Shown: in pieces, positions 30,930-41,416 of the stretch
Layout: every line of letters starts with the position of its first letter
Position numbering within the stretch: position 1 is the stretch's first letter
DNA from: a virus
Taxonomy: Duplodnaviria > Caudoviricetes
Strand: one strand, 5' to 3'
Virus record (IMG/VR): IMGVR_UViG_3300044984_001645
Span: 1-60,790 of that record
DNA: 60,790 bases
Made by a program: the position numbers and the translations under genes
Notes under the pieces: model-generated
The model's database searches: none
The model's input: only the letters and a program-made list of their open reading frames with translations
What the model was told of the DNA's origin: nothing

Positions 30930-31196
30930 ATGAAAAACAAACCCAAGTATCAATGGATATTACATCATACAAGATCAACTGATCGTGTATTTTTTGGTCC
31001 ATTTGAAAGTTATGAAGAACTAGATCTATTTTATGGAACTATTGCAAATGCAGAGCGAATTCATTGTTCTGTAGAATTGTTAATTAATCCGTTTGTAGCA
31101 TCATATGATGAATGGTGGTATAACCCATATGATGAACTTGAAAAGAAAAACCCCGAACTATTTAAAAGAAAGAAAGAAGAAAGCAATGTCAACTGA
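30930..31196 (+). CDS. Hypothetical protein
   Basis: Packed ORF in operon. Confidence 0.55.
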   Translation: MKNKPKYQWILHHTRSTDRVFFGPFESYEELDLFYGTIANAERIHCSVELLINPFVASYDEWWYNPYDELEKKNPELFKRKKEESNVN

Positions 31197-31473
31197 TATT
31201 TATAATTTTACAAATGAAAATGAACAAACGTCATTTTCAATTACAAAGCATTGTTCATGGTGTGACAATTGGATTGTTATTGAAATGTCATCAAAACAAC
31301 ATGAAGCTTATGTTGAAAGAACAGCATATGTTCAAGATATCTTCCCTCATATTACAAAAGAAGATCGTGAAATGTTGATTAGCGGAACTCATGCTAAATG
31401 CTGGAATGAAATGTTCCTAGAAATTGATGAAGATGAAGAAGAGGAGATTGATTCTTATGTTGGAAATGAATGA
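31186..31473 (+). CDS. Hypothetical protein (CxxC...HxxC)
   Basis: VQDIFP...DREMLISGTHAKCW. Confidence 0.65.
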   Translation: MSTDIYNFTNENEQTSFSITKHCSWCDNWIVIEMSSKQHEAYVERTAYVQDIFPHITKEDREMLISGTHAKCWNEMFLEIDEDEEEEIDSYVGNE

Positions 31474-31693
31474 AAATCTTAGATTCACTAATGAGTTTGA
31501 AATAGATATTCATAAAAAAATATCTAATATGAAATCTGGAGGATGCTTGTCAATTGAAACTGTTGCTAAAACAGAAGCAGAAAGAAAAGCTCTCAGAAAA
31601 GTAATTGAAAAGTCAGGCAAATATAATTGCATGGTTTTGAGATTGCATTGGTTAAAAGATAAAAACATTGTTAAAGTAACACACGAAATTTAA
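31457..31693 (+). CDS. Hypothetical basic protein, possible relative of ORF 27833
   Basis: MKSGGCLSI...RKALRKVIEKSG...LRLHW pattern. Confidence 0.5.
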   Translation: MLEMNENLRFTNEFEIDIHKKISNMKSGGCLSIETVAKTEAERKALRKVIEKSGKYNCMVLRLHWLKDKNIVKVTHEI

Positions 31694-31709
31694 AAGAAGT
31701 AAATTTATT

Positions 31710-32033
31710 ATGAGAGAGTATATGGAAATTGGTTCAACACCTTATGGTGAAGATTGTGCCCAACTTGGTTCAGACGATTACAGAAATCGTGCCGAAAACG
31801 AAATGGATACTTATATCCGTTTATTAGAAAGAGAGTTCCCTGAAGCTTTAGGTAACAATATTAACTTCAAGAAAAAATGGTTCAATCATGATTTTGGAAC
31901 ATATGGTGAAGTTTGTATGTTTTGGAATCCAGAAGATGGGAAAGCCAATGCTTATGTTTATTACATGGAAAGCAGACTTCCTGAAGAATGGGATAAATTA
32001 GCAAAAGAAGAGTTAGGAATAAATAATGATTAG
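31710..32033 (+). CDS. Conserved hypothetical phage protein
   Basis: IGSTPYGEDCAQLG...HDFGTYGEV...PEEWD. Confidence 0.7.
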   Translation: MREYMEIGSTPYGEDCAQLGSDDYRNRAENEMDTYIRLLEREFPEALGNNINFKKKWFNHDFGTYGEVCMFWNPEDGKANAYVYYMESRLPEEWDKLAKEELGINND

Positions 32034-32122
32034 TTTTACTTTTGTACTATTAGTTGTAGTACCAATAACAATGATTGGATTAGTAATTATGCTGAATAAA
32101 GCATCGGAAACAGGAGAAAGAA

Positions 32123-32671
32123 ATGAATAAGGAAAGAATGTTGCAACTTGCAGATTTTATTGAAAAGCTGCCGGAACATAAATTTGAAATGCAGTATTGG
32201 ATTTCACAAAAGGTAAAGAAAGAAAACTATCTTGGTGAAGAATATTGGAAACTAGATTATGCTCCAACTCTGCATAGTGATTTATCACAAAGCTTATTGG
32301 AACCCTTAGATTGTGGTACTGCTTGTTGTATTGCTGGTTGGGCAACTGCAATTGAAAGCAATTTTAAACCTATTGCAATTATACAAGATGGAAAATCAAT
32401 TGAAGAAAGAGCAGCAGTATGGCTTGATTTAAATCACGAACAAGAGAGAAATCTTTTTATGTTAAGTATTGATACTGTATGGACTCAATATATAGATAAA
32501 TGCAACTTTGGTCTTAATGAAGATGAAGATTGTTTTACTGATATTACAAATAAAGATGCAGCATTAGTTATTAGAGATATTGCAAATGAAGTTGTTGATA
32601 TTGATAAAAACTTTGACTTCTATACAGCTAAAGAGTACTTAATAGATTTGGGATATTATCAAGATGAGTGA
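32123..32671 (+). CDS. Hypothetical protein
   Basis: RBS AGGAG; CGTACCIAGWA motif. Confidence 0.7.
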   Translation: MNKERMLQLADFIEKLPEHKFEMQYWISQKVKKENYLGEEYWKLDYAPTLHSDLSQSLLEPLDCGTACCIAGWATAIESNFKPIAIIQDGKSIEERAAVWLDLNHEQERNLFMLSIDTVWTQYIDKCNFGLNEDEDCFTDITNKDAALVIRDIANEVVDIDKNFDFYTAKEYLIDLGYYQDE

Positions 32672-33362
32672 TACTTTCATGTATACAGAAAACATTCTTA
32701 AATGTGTAAATGATTCTTTGACTAAACCGGAAGACTTTGGTTATTGGGGTTCAGAAGATATGTTCGTAACTTGGGGTTTTTGTGGAATTGATAAAACAAG
32801 AGATTCCAATGTTATGGATATTTCAAACTTTGAAGTAATAACTGAAGAGCTTATGAATAAGTATCCAAATGATTTTAGAATTGAAACATATAATCATTGG
32901 CTTTGCGGTTGGATTAACCGTTTGATTTGTCGTGTGCTAAAAGATGGACCTGAAGTTATTCATAGTAATATAAGTGAAGCTTTTAAAAGTGTCATGACTT
33001 GTAAAGACGAATTGAACGATTACCCCATATATGATCAAAATGATTATTTTGATAGATTATATAAAGAAGCAATTGATTTCCTTTACGATTTGCCAGATTA
33101 TCTCAAAAATATGATCGATATTAATGTTCCAAATTATGCTGAAGATATCTACCATGAATTGACAGCAAATATGAACATTGAATTCGATGTTGATGGTGAA
33201 CAATATCCAAAAGATGAACAATTGCTTCTTGCGGTTTATAATCTCCAAATTTGGAATATTGAAGCAATTGAAGAATGGAATGAATGGACAAGCGAAAACA
33301 AGCGTGAATCTGTTCTGACAGCAAAGAAAAACCCTAACCAATTGAATCTATTTGAGGATTGA
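32664..33362 (+). CDS. Hypothetical protein
   Basis: Coupled 232 aa ORF; SNF...HWLCGW...DYPI. Confidence 0.7.
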   Translation: MSDTFMYTENILKCVNDSLTKPEDFGYWGSEDMFVTWGFCGIDKTRDSNVMDISNFEVITEELMNKYPNDFRIETYNHWLCGWINRLICRVLKDGPEVIHSNISEAFKSVMTCKDELNDYPIYDQNDYFDRLYKEAIDFLYDLPDYLKNMIDINVPNYAEDIYHELTANMNIEFDVDGEQYPKDEQLLLAVYNLQIWNIEAIEEWNEWTSENKRESVLTAKKNPNQLNLFED

Positions 33363-33553
33363 TGAATAAAATACAAACAAAAGAAGTAAGAGCAGAATTA
33401 CACCGTGTCTTAGAAAATATGAATATACCAAAAATCAGGTTCGATGACTTGGGTTGGCTAAACCAAAACATGGTTATTAGTCATTCAGAACATCCAAACT
33501 TTATCCTAGCAACTTGGTTGCTCTCTAAACTAAAAGGAAATGCAAATGAATAA
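33359..33553 (+). CDS. Hypothetical protein
   Basis: Coupled ORF. Confidence 0.5.
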   Translation: MMNKIQTKEVRAELHRVLENMNIPKIRFDDLGWLNQNMVISHSEHPNFILATWLLSKLKGNANE

Positions 33554-33806
33554 GTGTCCGAACTGTAAATCACAAGATGTCAACCTAATTGACACTAGTG
33601 AAAATATCACTTACCCGTCAGAAGAAATTAAAGAATTATACGCTAAGTGGGAACAATGGGAATGTAGTGATTGTGGATCATTATTAGATGTTGAAGAAGG
33701 AATTATTACAGTACTAAAACAAGTTGGTATAAACCAAACTCAAATCATATTCCGTGTAACAACGGATTGGGAAAGAAAAATAGAGGAATCATACAATTAT
33801 GGATGA
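33540..33806 (+). CDS. Zinc-ribbon protein
   Basis: CPNC...CSDCG. Confidence 0.6.
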   Translation: MQMNKCPNCKSQDVNLIDTSENITYPSEEIKELYAKWEQWECSDCGSLLDVEEGIITVLKQVGINQTQIIFRVTTDWERKIEESYNYG

Positions 33807-34074
33807 GCTAACGCATGAACAATTAGAAATGGAAGCAGATGCAGCACTTGATATTGAATATCAATCTCATCTTAAAGGTATTCCGGCTCAAGAATATATG
33901 AAATTGATGACACAAAGTGTCAATGAAAGAGTTGAAGTTATAGGTGATGATTACGAAATCGGTGATGAATATGATTGGGATAGATCAGATAGAAGCCAAT
34001 ATTGCAAGCATGGTAAATTCATTGGCTCTTGGTGGGGACCAGATATTCTCTGTGGTTATTGTGAATCCGAATAG
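33799..34074 (+). CDS. Hypothetical protein
   Basis: CKHG...LCGYCE. Confidence 0.6.
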   Translation: MDELTHEQLEMEADAALDIEYQSHLKGIPAQEYMKLMTQSVNERVEVIGDDYEIGDEYDWDRSDRSQYCKHGKFIGSWWGPDILCGYCESE

Positions 34075-34168
34075 GAAATATAGAGCCTCAGCGCATACTA
34101 AAATTGACAGAAAAAATAAAGATAAATCAACGGGCGTAAAGCCAAAACTAAAATGAAAGAAGAAGAAA

Positions 34169-34747
34169 ATGCCTAACTGGTGTATGAACACATTAGAAAT
34201 ACAAGGTCCAATTGAAGATGTGGATAAATTCATGGAAAAGATTAAGTCTGTTGAACCAGACAAGCTTAGTCTTTTTAATGCACTTATCCCAATGCCAACT
34301 GAATATAGTGGTGAGACTGCAAGTATGACCAAAGAAGAGAAAGATTGGTCAGATAATGAAAAGCTTTGCTTTGAAAAATATGGTCATAAAGATTGGTATT
34401 CTTGGTGTAATGCCAATTGGGGAGTTAAATGGGATATTAGTGATGGCTATATTTCAGATGAAACCCTTCTTTCTAAATATAACATTGATAAACAAGTACC
34501 AGAAGAAACAGGTGAGAAACTTGTAGTAATGCAATACTCAACTCCTTGGGGACCCGGAGATGAAAGTTTAGCTGAAGCTTTCTGCCGAGATGAATATAAA
34601 ACACTTTCTTTTCATATTTATTATGAAGAAGGCGGAATGGGATTTCATGGTGCTTTAACAGTACATAATGGTGAAATTGTATATCAGGAATCAGCTGATA
34701 TGAGTATTATAAGAAAATGTCTAGAAGAATCTCTAGACTGGATTTAA
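34169..34747 (+). CDS. DUF1281/YubB ferredoxin-like family protein
   Basis: MPNWCMN...DWYSWCNANWGVKWD...STPWGP...YEEGGMGF. Confidence 0.75.
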   Translation: MPNWCMNTLEIQGPIEDVDKFMEKIKSVEPDKLSLFNALIPMPTEYSGETASMTKEEKDWSDNEKLCFEKYGHKDWYSWCNANWGVKWDISDGYISDETLLSKYNIDKQVPEETGEKLVVMQYSTPWGPGDESLAEAFCRDEYKTLSFHIYYEEGGMGFHGALTVHNGEIVYQESADMSIIRKCLEESLDWI

Positions 34748-34776
34748 CAACAAAACAACAAAAAGGAAAAATAATA

Positions 34777-35211
34777 ATGGAAACACCACAACAGAAACTT
34801 GAAGCAATTTATAATTTGCTTCATGGTAAAGATGATACAAAGCAAGCATTAGCTTATGGTATCACAAAAGACAAAGATAGCAATATTCTTATTAGCAAGA
34901 TCCTTGCTAAAGGTGATGATATCTATGAAATGATTGATGAACTTCATGAAGATGAAGGTTATTTGGTTAATGATTTTGTAACCTTAAGAACAACTGGTTG
35001 GGCAGCACCTTTGAATAATAAAGGTGAAATGGAAGGTGCGCCAAGTGTTCACCCAGACCGTAGGCGTGTATCTTTATTGGTAAGTTTGGATATTGTAAAC
35101 AAAGAAGTAATTGGTAGCTCTCTTAAATTTGATGATGATGAAGAAGTTATTTATGACTTCAATCAAGCAACTGGTTCATTGGCAATGGCAATGGAAAGCT
35201 TGATTTCATAA
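34777..35211 (+). CDS. Hypothetical protein
   Basis: RBS AAGGA; TTGWAAP...PSVHPDRRRV. Confidence 0.7.
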   Translation: METPQQKLEAIYNLLHGKDDTKQALAYGITKDKDSNILISKILAKGDDIYEMIDELHEDEGYLVNDFVTLRTTGWAAPLNNKGEMEGAPSVHPDRRRVSLLVSLDIVNKEVIGSSLKFDDDEEVIYDFNQATGSLAMAMESLIS

Positions 35212-35696
35212 TGGGTTTAGATAATATGCCAATGGTTTATCCTTGCGTAAAGGAAAACACAGCCATTATGAAAGATGGTCGGATTGATTGTGAAGCAACT
35301 ATAAAGGCTGATCAATGTCCATATAAAAGAGAAAAAGAAAATGATCCATTAACTCAAGACATGCGTTCAGTATATGGAATGTTTGGAACTGATTGTTGGT
35401 ATAGAGGTAAGTATGGTAATAACCTACTCGCTAAAATGAAGCGTCATAACAATGATTTCCCATATGATGAAGATGGATTTTATGGAGATGGTGAAGATGG
35501 TATATCAGAAGATGAATGTTCAAACATGTCAGATGTAATGATTAACTTTACTGAATCATGGGTTCATTATGTTAATACCAATAGTGATTACGAAACAGAA
35601 GAAGAAAGGAAAACTTTAATTGACGACTGGATTTATGCAGCTTGGTGGTTAAAGTTTGTAGGAAATTATGGAGAAGGCTCAGGAGTCTGGTACTAA
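35211..35696 (+). CDS. Hypothetical protein
   Basis: MGLD start, WYRGKY; coupled. Confidence 0.7.
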   Translation: MGLDNMPMVYPCVKENTAIMKDGRIDCEATIKADQCPYKREKENDPLTQDMRSVYGMFGTDCWYRGKYGNNLLAKMKRHNNDFPYDEDGFYGDGEDGISEDECSNMSDVMINFTESWVHYVNTNSDYETEEERKTLIDDWIYAAWWLKFVGNYGEGSGVWY

Positions 35697-35700
35697 ATAG

Positions 35701-36069
35701 ATGTTCAATATGGATGACTTTGAAAATATAAAAAAACCTAGTGAAAGAGAGGAGGCTCCAGATTATATGATTGAAGACCACGATTTCCTAAATCAGATGA
35801 TGACGATTGCAAGAATCATTAAAGAAACTGATTTTAGTAATCACGAAAGTCGTGCATCATTCATTATGCATATGATTAATATGTCAATTGATAACCCCGA
35901 TGAAATCCATGAGAAATCATTGGATGTTGTTAGTGCATTATCTTCTCATATTTGCATGATGATGATGACAATCAATGGTGGAAAAGAAACATATCTATCC
36001 AGTTATGATGATTCTGTTATTCAACCAATGATAGATAATGGTCCAAACATTCCAATCTGGGATAATTAA
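35701..36069 (+). CDS. Hypothetical protein
   Basis: Packed ORF. Confidence 0.6.
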   Translation: MFNMDDFENIKKPSEREEAPDYMIEDHDFLNQMMTIARIIKETDFSNHESRASFIMHMINMSIDNPDEIHEKSLDVVSALSSHICMMMMTINGGKETYLSSYDDSVIQPMIDNGPNIPIWDN

Positions 36070-36070
36070 T

Positions 36071-36424
36071 ATGCCAACAATTACAATTAATTGGTTAGAT
36101 GAAGCTGCTTGTTTAGGACAAGGAGCACATTTATTTTATGCCGATACTGTTTATACAGCAGAAACAAAAAAGATCATAGCCAAAGCAAAAACATTTTGTA
36201 AAAGCTGTCCTGTTGTTGCTGATTGCTTACAGTATTCAATTAACAATGATGAAAGGTTTGGGGTTTGGGGTTCTTTTTCTTCAAAAGAAAGAGCATCAAT
36301 CCGAAATCATTTGAAAACCAATGAGATAACAAAAGGACAAGCCGAAGCAATGGTTAATAAAACAGTATTGCAAGTAAAAGATGCATTCAGAAATACAATA
36401 TTCGTGGAGGGTAATAATGCCTGA
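36071..36424 (+). CDS. whiB: WhiB-family transcription factor
   Basis: WLDEAAC...AKTFCKSCPVVADCLQYS...ERFGVWGS...ER. Confidence 0.92.
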   Translation: MPTITINWLDEAACLGQGAHLFYADTVYTAETKKIIAKAKTFCKSCPVVADCLQYSINNDERFGVWGSFSSKERASIRNHLKTNEITKGQAEAMVNKTVLQVKDAFRNTIFVEGNNA

Positions 36425-36540
36425 TGATATGAATCTTAATTTTGAAGGCAAGATAACAAACAAGGATGTAAGGGATATATTACATGTCCCAGTATTCGTT
36501 ACTAAATCAATAGACAACAGTAAAGAGAAAGAAGAAGACA

Positions 36541-36900
36541 GTGAAGACTGAAAATAAAACATGTGAACAATTAGTTGATTCACAAATGCAAGACCGTAAT
36601 GAATATTTAGAAGGACTAAATGACATTATTGGAGATAATGAATCTGATACCGAAAAGGTAGAAGAAGCATTGAGGGAAATCATGGAATTCCCTGCCGGTG
36701 TTGAATCCTATAAAGTAATTAAGATTGTTTTATCAGGTGGAGGTCCGGCAGATTGGATTGAAGTTAAAACCGATAATGAAGGTTATATTCTAGGAATGGA
36801 ATATCATTATGCAGATTGGTTTGACCACGCAGAAAGAAAGATCTCAGAGAATTCATATCTTTGGGATTTTGCAGCACAAATAGTAGAAACAGAAGGATAA
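36541..36900 (+). CDS. Hypothetical protein
   Basis: LSGGGPADWIE...YHYADWFD. Confidence 0.65.
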   Translation: MKTENKTCEQLVDSQMQDRNEYLEGLNDIIGDNESDTEKVEEALREIMEFPAGVESYKVIKIVLSGGGPADWIEVKTDNEGYILGMEYHYADWFDHAERKISENSYLWDFAAQIVETEG

Positions 36901-36905
36901 GTAAA

Positions 36906-37538
36906 ATGGAAAACATAGATGTAACATTGGGAATTAACGAAGAAGCTCTTGAAAAGCTTGCTCAAAAAGTAATTGAAAGTATTGATATTCAGGATCATTT
37001 AGATATGAGTCAGGTTGTTGATAATCGTATTGAAGCATATGATTTTGATGGAATCATTGAGCAATGGATTGATTACAACATAGATATTGATGACAAAGTG
37101 TCTAATGCGTTACCTGATGCTCTTTCAGATATTAACTTTAAAGACTACATTGATACTGATGATTTTGAAATTGATGCTGAAAGTGAAGCTAGAAGCCTTC
37201 TTGAAAACTATAGCCCATTAGCAAGCTGTAGCACTGGTCAAGCTTTTACTAGCGCAATTGAAGATGCAGTTCGTTATCTTTTACTGAAAGATGAAGACTT
37301 TGTTGAGCATATTGCAAAAGCATTGAACAAGCTTGAGAAGAAGCAGATGATGGAAGAAATCAGAGAATCTGTTAAAGAAGAACTAAAGCCTCTTATGTTT
37401 GATAGTTTTAAAGCTGAACTTGAGCGTTATGCAGCCCATGTTGAATACGAAAAAGCTCAACAGATTATTACACAGACTAATGCTGTTGTTATCCCAGAAG
37501 TTACACCGTGGACTCGTGAAAACGATATCGGTTACTAA
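36906..37538 (+). CDS. Acidic coiled-coil hypothetical protein
   Basis: Asp/Ile-rich repeats; RBS AAGGA. Confidence 0.65.
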   Translation: MENIDVTLGINEEALEKLAQKVIESIDIQDHLDMSQVVDNRIEAYDFDGIIEQWIDYNIDIDDKVSNALPDALSDINFKDYIDTDDFEIDAESEARSLLENYSPLASCSTGQAFTSAIEDAVRYLLLKDEDFVEHIAKALNKLEKKQMMEEIRESVKEELKPLMFDSFKAELERYAAHVEYEKAQQIITQTNAVVIPEVTPWTRENDIGY

Positions 37539-37553
37539 ACAAAAATACAAATC

Positions 37554-37581
37554 AGAGGGGGGAAGCAATTCCCCCCTCTTT
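37554..37581 (+). terminator. Intrinsic terminator-like hairpin
   Basis: AGAGGGGGGAA-GCAA-TTCCCCCCTCT-TT. Confidence 0.7.
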
Positions 37582-37598
37582 CTATAAAGGAAAATAAA

Positions 37599-39278
37599 AT
37601 GCTAAAAGATTATATTGTAATCTCAAACAAAGCCGAAACCGTAAGTCGTATCTCTTTAGAAAAGCTAGGTTTTTCTACCAAGAGGAATGACGCTAAGACT
37701 ATTGGTCAATTTGGTTCTGGAATTAAATATGCACCAATTGCTGCGCTAAGAGAAGGACTTGAATGGTTCTTTACTGGAAACGATAATACCGGTCCATTCA
37801 CTCTTGAATACATTATTCAAGAAGAAGATGGTATCGATTGTGTTGCTTATAAGTATGGAGATTATATTAAATCTTCATCCTTTACTATTGATGCAGGAGT
37901 AATGTCATGGGAAGACCCATTTCAAATCTTGCGTGAACCTATTGCTAATGCAATGGATGGAGCAAAAATGACTGAAGATGGATGGTATAACATTTTTGTT
38001 GTAACTGTTGATACAGATAATCCAGAATCAATGAAGAAACTTGAACCTCGTGATGGAATCTTTTCTGTTTATATCACAGCTTCTCCGGAGTTGATGAAGG
38101 TAATTGATAACTATGATAGTTACTTCTCTGTAAACCGTGAAGTCGCCTGTGAGAACAGCAATGGAAAGATTCTTGATAAGATCGGTTCAGGAGCTAATTT
38201 TTATTCATTGAATGTTCTTGTAAAGCAAGATGATAATTTAACATCTGTGTTTGATTATCAATTTGATGATCTTGAACTAAACGAAGAGAGAACAATAAAG
38301 TCTTTATGGGATCTTGATTACAAAGTATCCAAAATGATTGCCGGAGTTGGCAACTTAGATGTTATTGAAGAATACATGACTGAATTCATTAAAGCTAAAG
38401 CGGAAGATTCTGGAATTTGGGAATTGAGTCGTTTGTCAAATCAAAACTTTAAATACTTCACAAGAGAAATTGCTTCTTGGCAAGGTGTTTGGAATAAACT
38501 CTATACTGACAAAGCCATTATGCTTACTAATGATCAAAATAATGACCAATTCAGAATGGGTGTTATTAATCGTGGGTATAAGCCAATAGTAGTTTCGAAC
38601 AAAGCTGCTTATAATCTATTCCTAGCGATGGAAATTAAAACAATATTTGACATTCTTGGTGATCAAGTTGATTACGAAATTGATGATGATATTAGTGGAT
38701 ATCCTCGTTTACTTGATGCAATCCAAATTGCCTCATATTTTGAGAGCGGTTTGATTTCCTTACAGAATGAAATTGGCGTGTTCGAAAGTAAAAAAGAAGG
38801 TGTATTGGGAATGTGTGTGAGTATTGGTGATAATAAAAAGCGTATTGTCATTGAGAAATATCACGCTAAGAATGGAACGATTGAGGAACTTGTTGGCACC
38901 GTAATTCATGAGTTTGATCATTACAGCACTGATGTCGGTGATTCATCAGATATGATTGGGCGAGAGTTCAGGAATATTGCAGACACAAGAATTGGTAGAC
39001 TGATGGTTGAGAATTACAAAAAACACATTCTTCAGAAGAAGTTTGGTGGTGCATACATTGCTATTAACAATATGACATCAATGTCAAATCTTAACTATAC
39101 CTCAGAGTATTCTGAAGTTCTTGATAAAACAATCCTTGGTATTGGTGGATTGAGTTTCATTATTGAATGCAATAAGTCAGCAATTGAGAAATCAGGTACT
39201 TGTTTTATTGATAAATCAGGTGAGTACTTGTATGTTCCTATTAATGGAGAATTTGAAATCGTAAAGGAGATTGTATAA
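37599..39278 (+). CDS. GHKL-type ATPase-like protein with C-terminal HExxH motif
   Basis: LGFSTKR...IGQFGSGIK, LREPIANAMD, VIHEFDH. Confidence 0.7.
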   Translation: MLKDYIVISNKAETVSRISLEKLGFSTKRNDAKTIGQFGSGIKYAPIAALREGLEWFFTGNDNTGPFTLEYIIQEEDGIDCVAYKYGDYIKSSSFTIDAGVMSWEDPFQILREPIANAMDGAKMTEDGWYNIFVVTVDTDNPESMKKLEPRDGIFSVYITASPELMKVIDNYDSYFSVNREVACENSNGKILDKIGSGANFYSLNVLVKQDDNLTSVFDYQFDDLELNEERTIKSLWDLDYKVSKMIAGVGNLDVIEEYMTEFIKAKAEDSGIWELSRLSNQNFKYFTREIASWQGVWNKLYTDKAIMLTNDQNNDQFRMGVINRGYKPIVVSNKAAYNLFLAMEIKTIFDILGDQVDYEIDDDISGYPRLLDAIQIASYFESGLISLQNEIGVFESKKEGVLGMCVSIGDNKKRIVIEKYHAKNGTIEELVGTVIHEFDHYSTDVGDSSDMIGREFRNIADTRIGRLMVENYKKHILQKKFGGAYIAINNMTSMSNLNYTSEYSEVLDKTILGIGGLSFIIECNKSAIEKSGTCFIDKSGEYLYVPINGEFEIVKEIV

Positions 39279-39393
39279 TGGATAAGTTAACTTGGGTTAT
39301 TTGTATCTTATTAGTATTTGTTGCTTTTCCAGTATTGGCAGCTATTACTCTAGGATTTGTCTTTGCTTTAATGCTAGGCGGAAGTATTAGCTG

Positions 39394-39774
39394 ATGCCTA
39401 AATTTGAAAACTATTTCATTGTTGAATATCGTTATCCTGTAAAAGTAGAAGATGTATCTACTGTTCAGGAAGCTATGTCTAAGTCAAACAGAATCTGCGA
39501 AAGAATGTTTGGTTTCAAACCGGACAATTGGTTTGCCAGAATCTTTGAGTATTCAACAAGACAAAAGGATCCGGGATTAGTAAAGGAATACTTTTACAAT
39601 CCCAACTCCTTAACATATAGAGAGATTACAAAGAATTTTGGATACTTTGCACAACTATTAGCTGATGGTAAAACACCAGAAGATGTTGTTAATTACGAAG
39701 AAGTCTTTGGTCGCCTTGAAGCTGATGGTGAAGTTAAAATAATCTACAAGGAAGTAAAAGATGGTGAAGGATAG
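39394..39774 (+). CDS. Hypothetical protein
   Basis: Packed ORF. Confidence 0.6.
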   Translation: MPKFENYFIVEYRYPVKVEDVSTVQEAMSKSNRICERMFGFKPDNWFARIFEYSTRQKDPGLVKEYFYNPNSLTYREITKNFGYFAQLLADGKTPEDVVNYEEVFGRLEADGEVKIIYKEVKDGEG

Positions 39775-40198
39775 AATTGTACTTTGTGCTGGTTGCCTAG
39801 AAAGGTTTAGTTCAGACAAAACTGAAGTTTATCGTAGAAAGAGATGCTGTGGAAATCAAAATTGTATTCAGGTAATTGACCAAAAAGTAACCAACGCAAA
39901 TTATAAAAGACAACAGAAGAAAATCAAGAATGGTAAATTCCGGCATGGAGTTCCAATTGATTTAAAACAAAAGGTATATGAAAGAGATGGGGATAGCTGC
40001 AAGCTATGCCTAAATCTTATTAAAGAAAAAGAAAGAGAAATTCATCACATCGTTCCTGTGTCAGAAAGTGGTTCGGATGATTTGATGAATTTGATATTAC
40101 TTTGCAACAATTGTCACACAACAGTTCACAAGAAAGGACATGAGAATTACTATGGCAAATTTAGAACCTATATTAACAGCTTGGACAAAGTATATTGA
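39761..40198 (+). CDS. HNH endonuclease (McrA-like)
   Basis: VYERDGDSCKLC...EIHHIVP..ESGSDDLMNLILLCNNCH. Confidence 0.9.
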   Translation: MVKDRIVLCAGCLERFSSDKTEVYRRKRCCGNQNCIQVIDQKVTNANYKRQQKKIKNGKFRHGVPIDLKQKVYERDGDSCKLCLNLIKEKEREIHHIVPVSESGSDDLMNLILLCNNCHTTVHKKGHENYYGKFRTYINSLDKVY

Positions 40199-40373
40199 GG
40201 ACAACGAACTCTATAAATGGTGTGAATCAATTACATTTTTGTTAGAGATTTTCTCAACAGATATGGAGTTCAAAATAAAGCTAATTGAGGAAGCAAACAA
40301 GTTCTTCCTTGTGAAGCTTAATGACGATGCTAAATCGGATGTGTTCTTCTTTCTACTTGGAAAGCTTAAATGA
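40140..40373 (+). CDS. Hypothetical protein
   Basis: Packed ORF; start uncertain. Confidence 0.45.
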   Translation: MRITMANLEPILTAWTKYIEDNELYKWCESITFLLEIFSTDMEFKIKLIEEANKFFLVKLNDDAKSDVFFFLLGKLK

Positions 40374-40732
40374 GAATTAACCCATTTAGAGAACACAGGG
40401 ATAACCTATTCACAGACTTTGCTTTGCAGATATTCAATGCCCATGTATCAGATAACAGTCAAGATAATCTATCTCAATTGATGGACTCTTACCAATCAGA
40501 CGCAAAAGATAATCCAGCATTTATGCCGGGAGTTATCTTTGGTTCAATGGTTCATATGTTTATGATGATACAAATGCTGGCAGAGGAAAGAGATATTGAA
40601 AAGGAAGAGATGATTAAAGAATACACAGATTATTACAACATTAACAGGGTTAAGTTAGCCAAGATGTTAGGTAATAGACCAGAATATGCGAATAAACTTA
40701 TTCGTGAAATGTTTAAAGATCCAGAACAATAG
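40370..40732 (+). CDS. Hypothetical protein
   Basis: ATGA coupling. Confidence 0.6.
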   Translation: MRINPFREHRDNLFTDFALQIFNAHVSDNSQDNLSQLMDSYQSDAKDNPAFMPGVIFGSMVHMFMMIQMLAEERDIEKEEMIKEYTDYYNINRVKLAKMLGNRPEYANKLIREMFKDPEQ

Positions 40733-40746
40733 AAAGATAAAACAAT

Positions 40747-41319
40747 ATGGGATACTACATTGGAACGGAAGATGTAAATATCTTCCTTGATAAAAAATAC
40801 TTTGACGATGTTTACAAGAAAATGTGTGAACTAAATGACTTCCATGAACTAAAGCGTGGAGGTTCTTTTGGTGCTAACACTGATGAAGTAGAAGGTGATC
40901 GTTATCCAAGGAATAAATGGTTCTCTTGGATGGAATACAATTACCCCGAAATCTACTCAGACATGAATTCTATTCTTATTGCGCTAGGCTTTGATATTGA
41001 ATACGATAAAGACGGTAATCTAGTTGGACTTGGTTATCATGATAAATCCGGTAATGAAGATTATTTCTTTAGCTGCTTTGCCGGATTCGTAAAAGATGGA
41101 AGTTTTATTGCAATGAAAGGTGAAGAGAGTGATGATTATTACAGATATCTTTTCAGAGATGGTAAGATGATTTTTCAGAAAGCTGAGATGATTCTTAATT
41201 ACAATGAATACGAAGAAACCTATGAATTTGGGCAACCGAGTTTAGCAGACAAAGACTTTGCAAAGTGGAAAGCTAATTTCAAACTTGAGCAAGAGGCTGT
41301 TAAATCAGCAAATACTTAG
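40747..41319 (+). CDS. Hypothetical protein
   Basis: MGYY...KWFSWM...GSFIAMKGEE. Confidence 0.7.
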   Translation: MGYYIGTEDVNIFLDKKYFDDVYKKMCELNDFHELKRGGSFGANTDEVEGDRYPRNKWFSWMEYNYPEIYSDMNSILIALGFDIEYDKDGNLVGLGYHDKSGNEDYFFSCFAGFVKDGSFIAMKGEESDDYYRYLFRDGKMIFQKAEMILNYNEYEETYEFGQPSLADKDFAKWKANFKLEQEAVKSANT

Positions 41320-41324
41320 TTCAA

Positions 41325-41416
41325 TTGTGCCTATTATTAACAATAAGGTATAATGGATAGATTACTTTTTAAGGAGGTGATGTAGATTGACATAAAATTT
41401 GTGGAACAAGTAGCAT
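41325..41416 (+). promoter_or_regulatory. Two tandem SigA-like promoters
   Basis: TTGTGC-N18-TATAAT (41325-41354) and TTGACA-N18-TAGCAT (41387-41416). Confidence 0.55.

Noticed and set aside
34219-34227. DnaA box inside ORF 34169
   Set aside because: Single copy within coding sequence; compatible with chance
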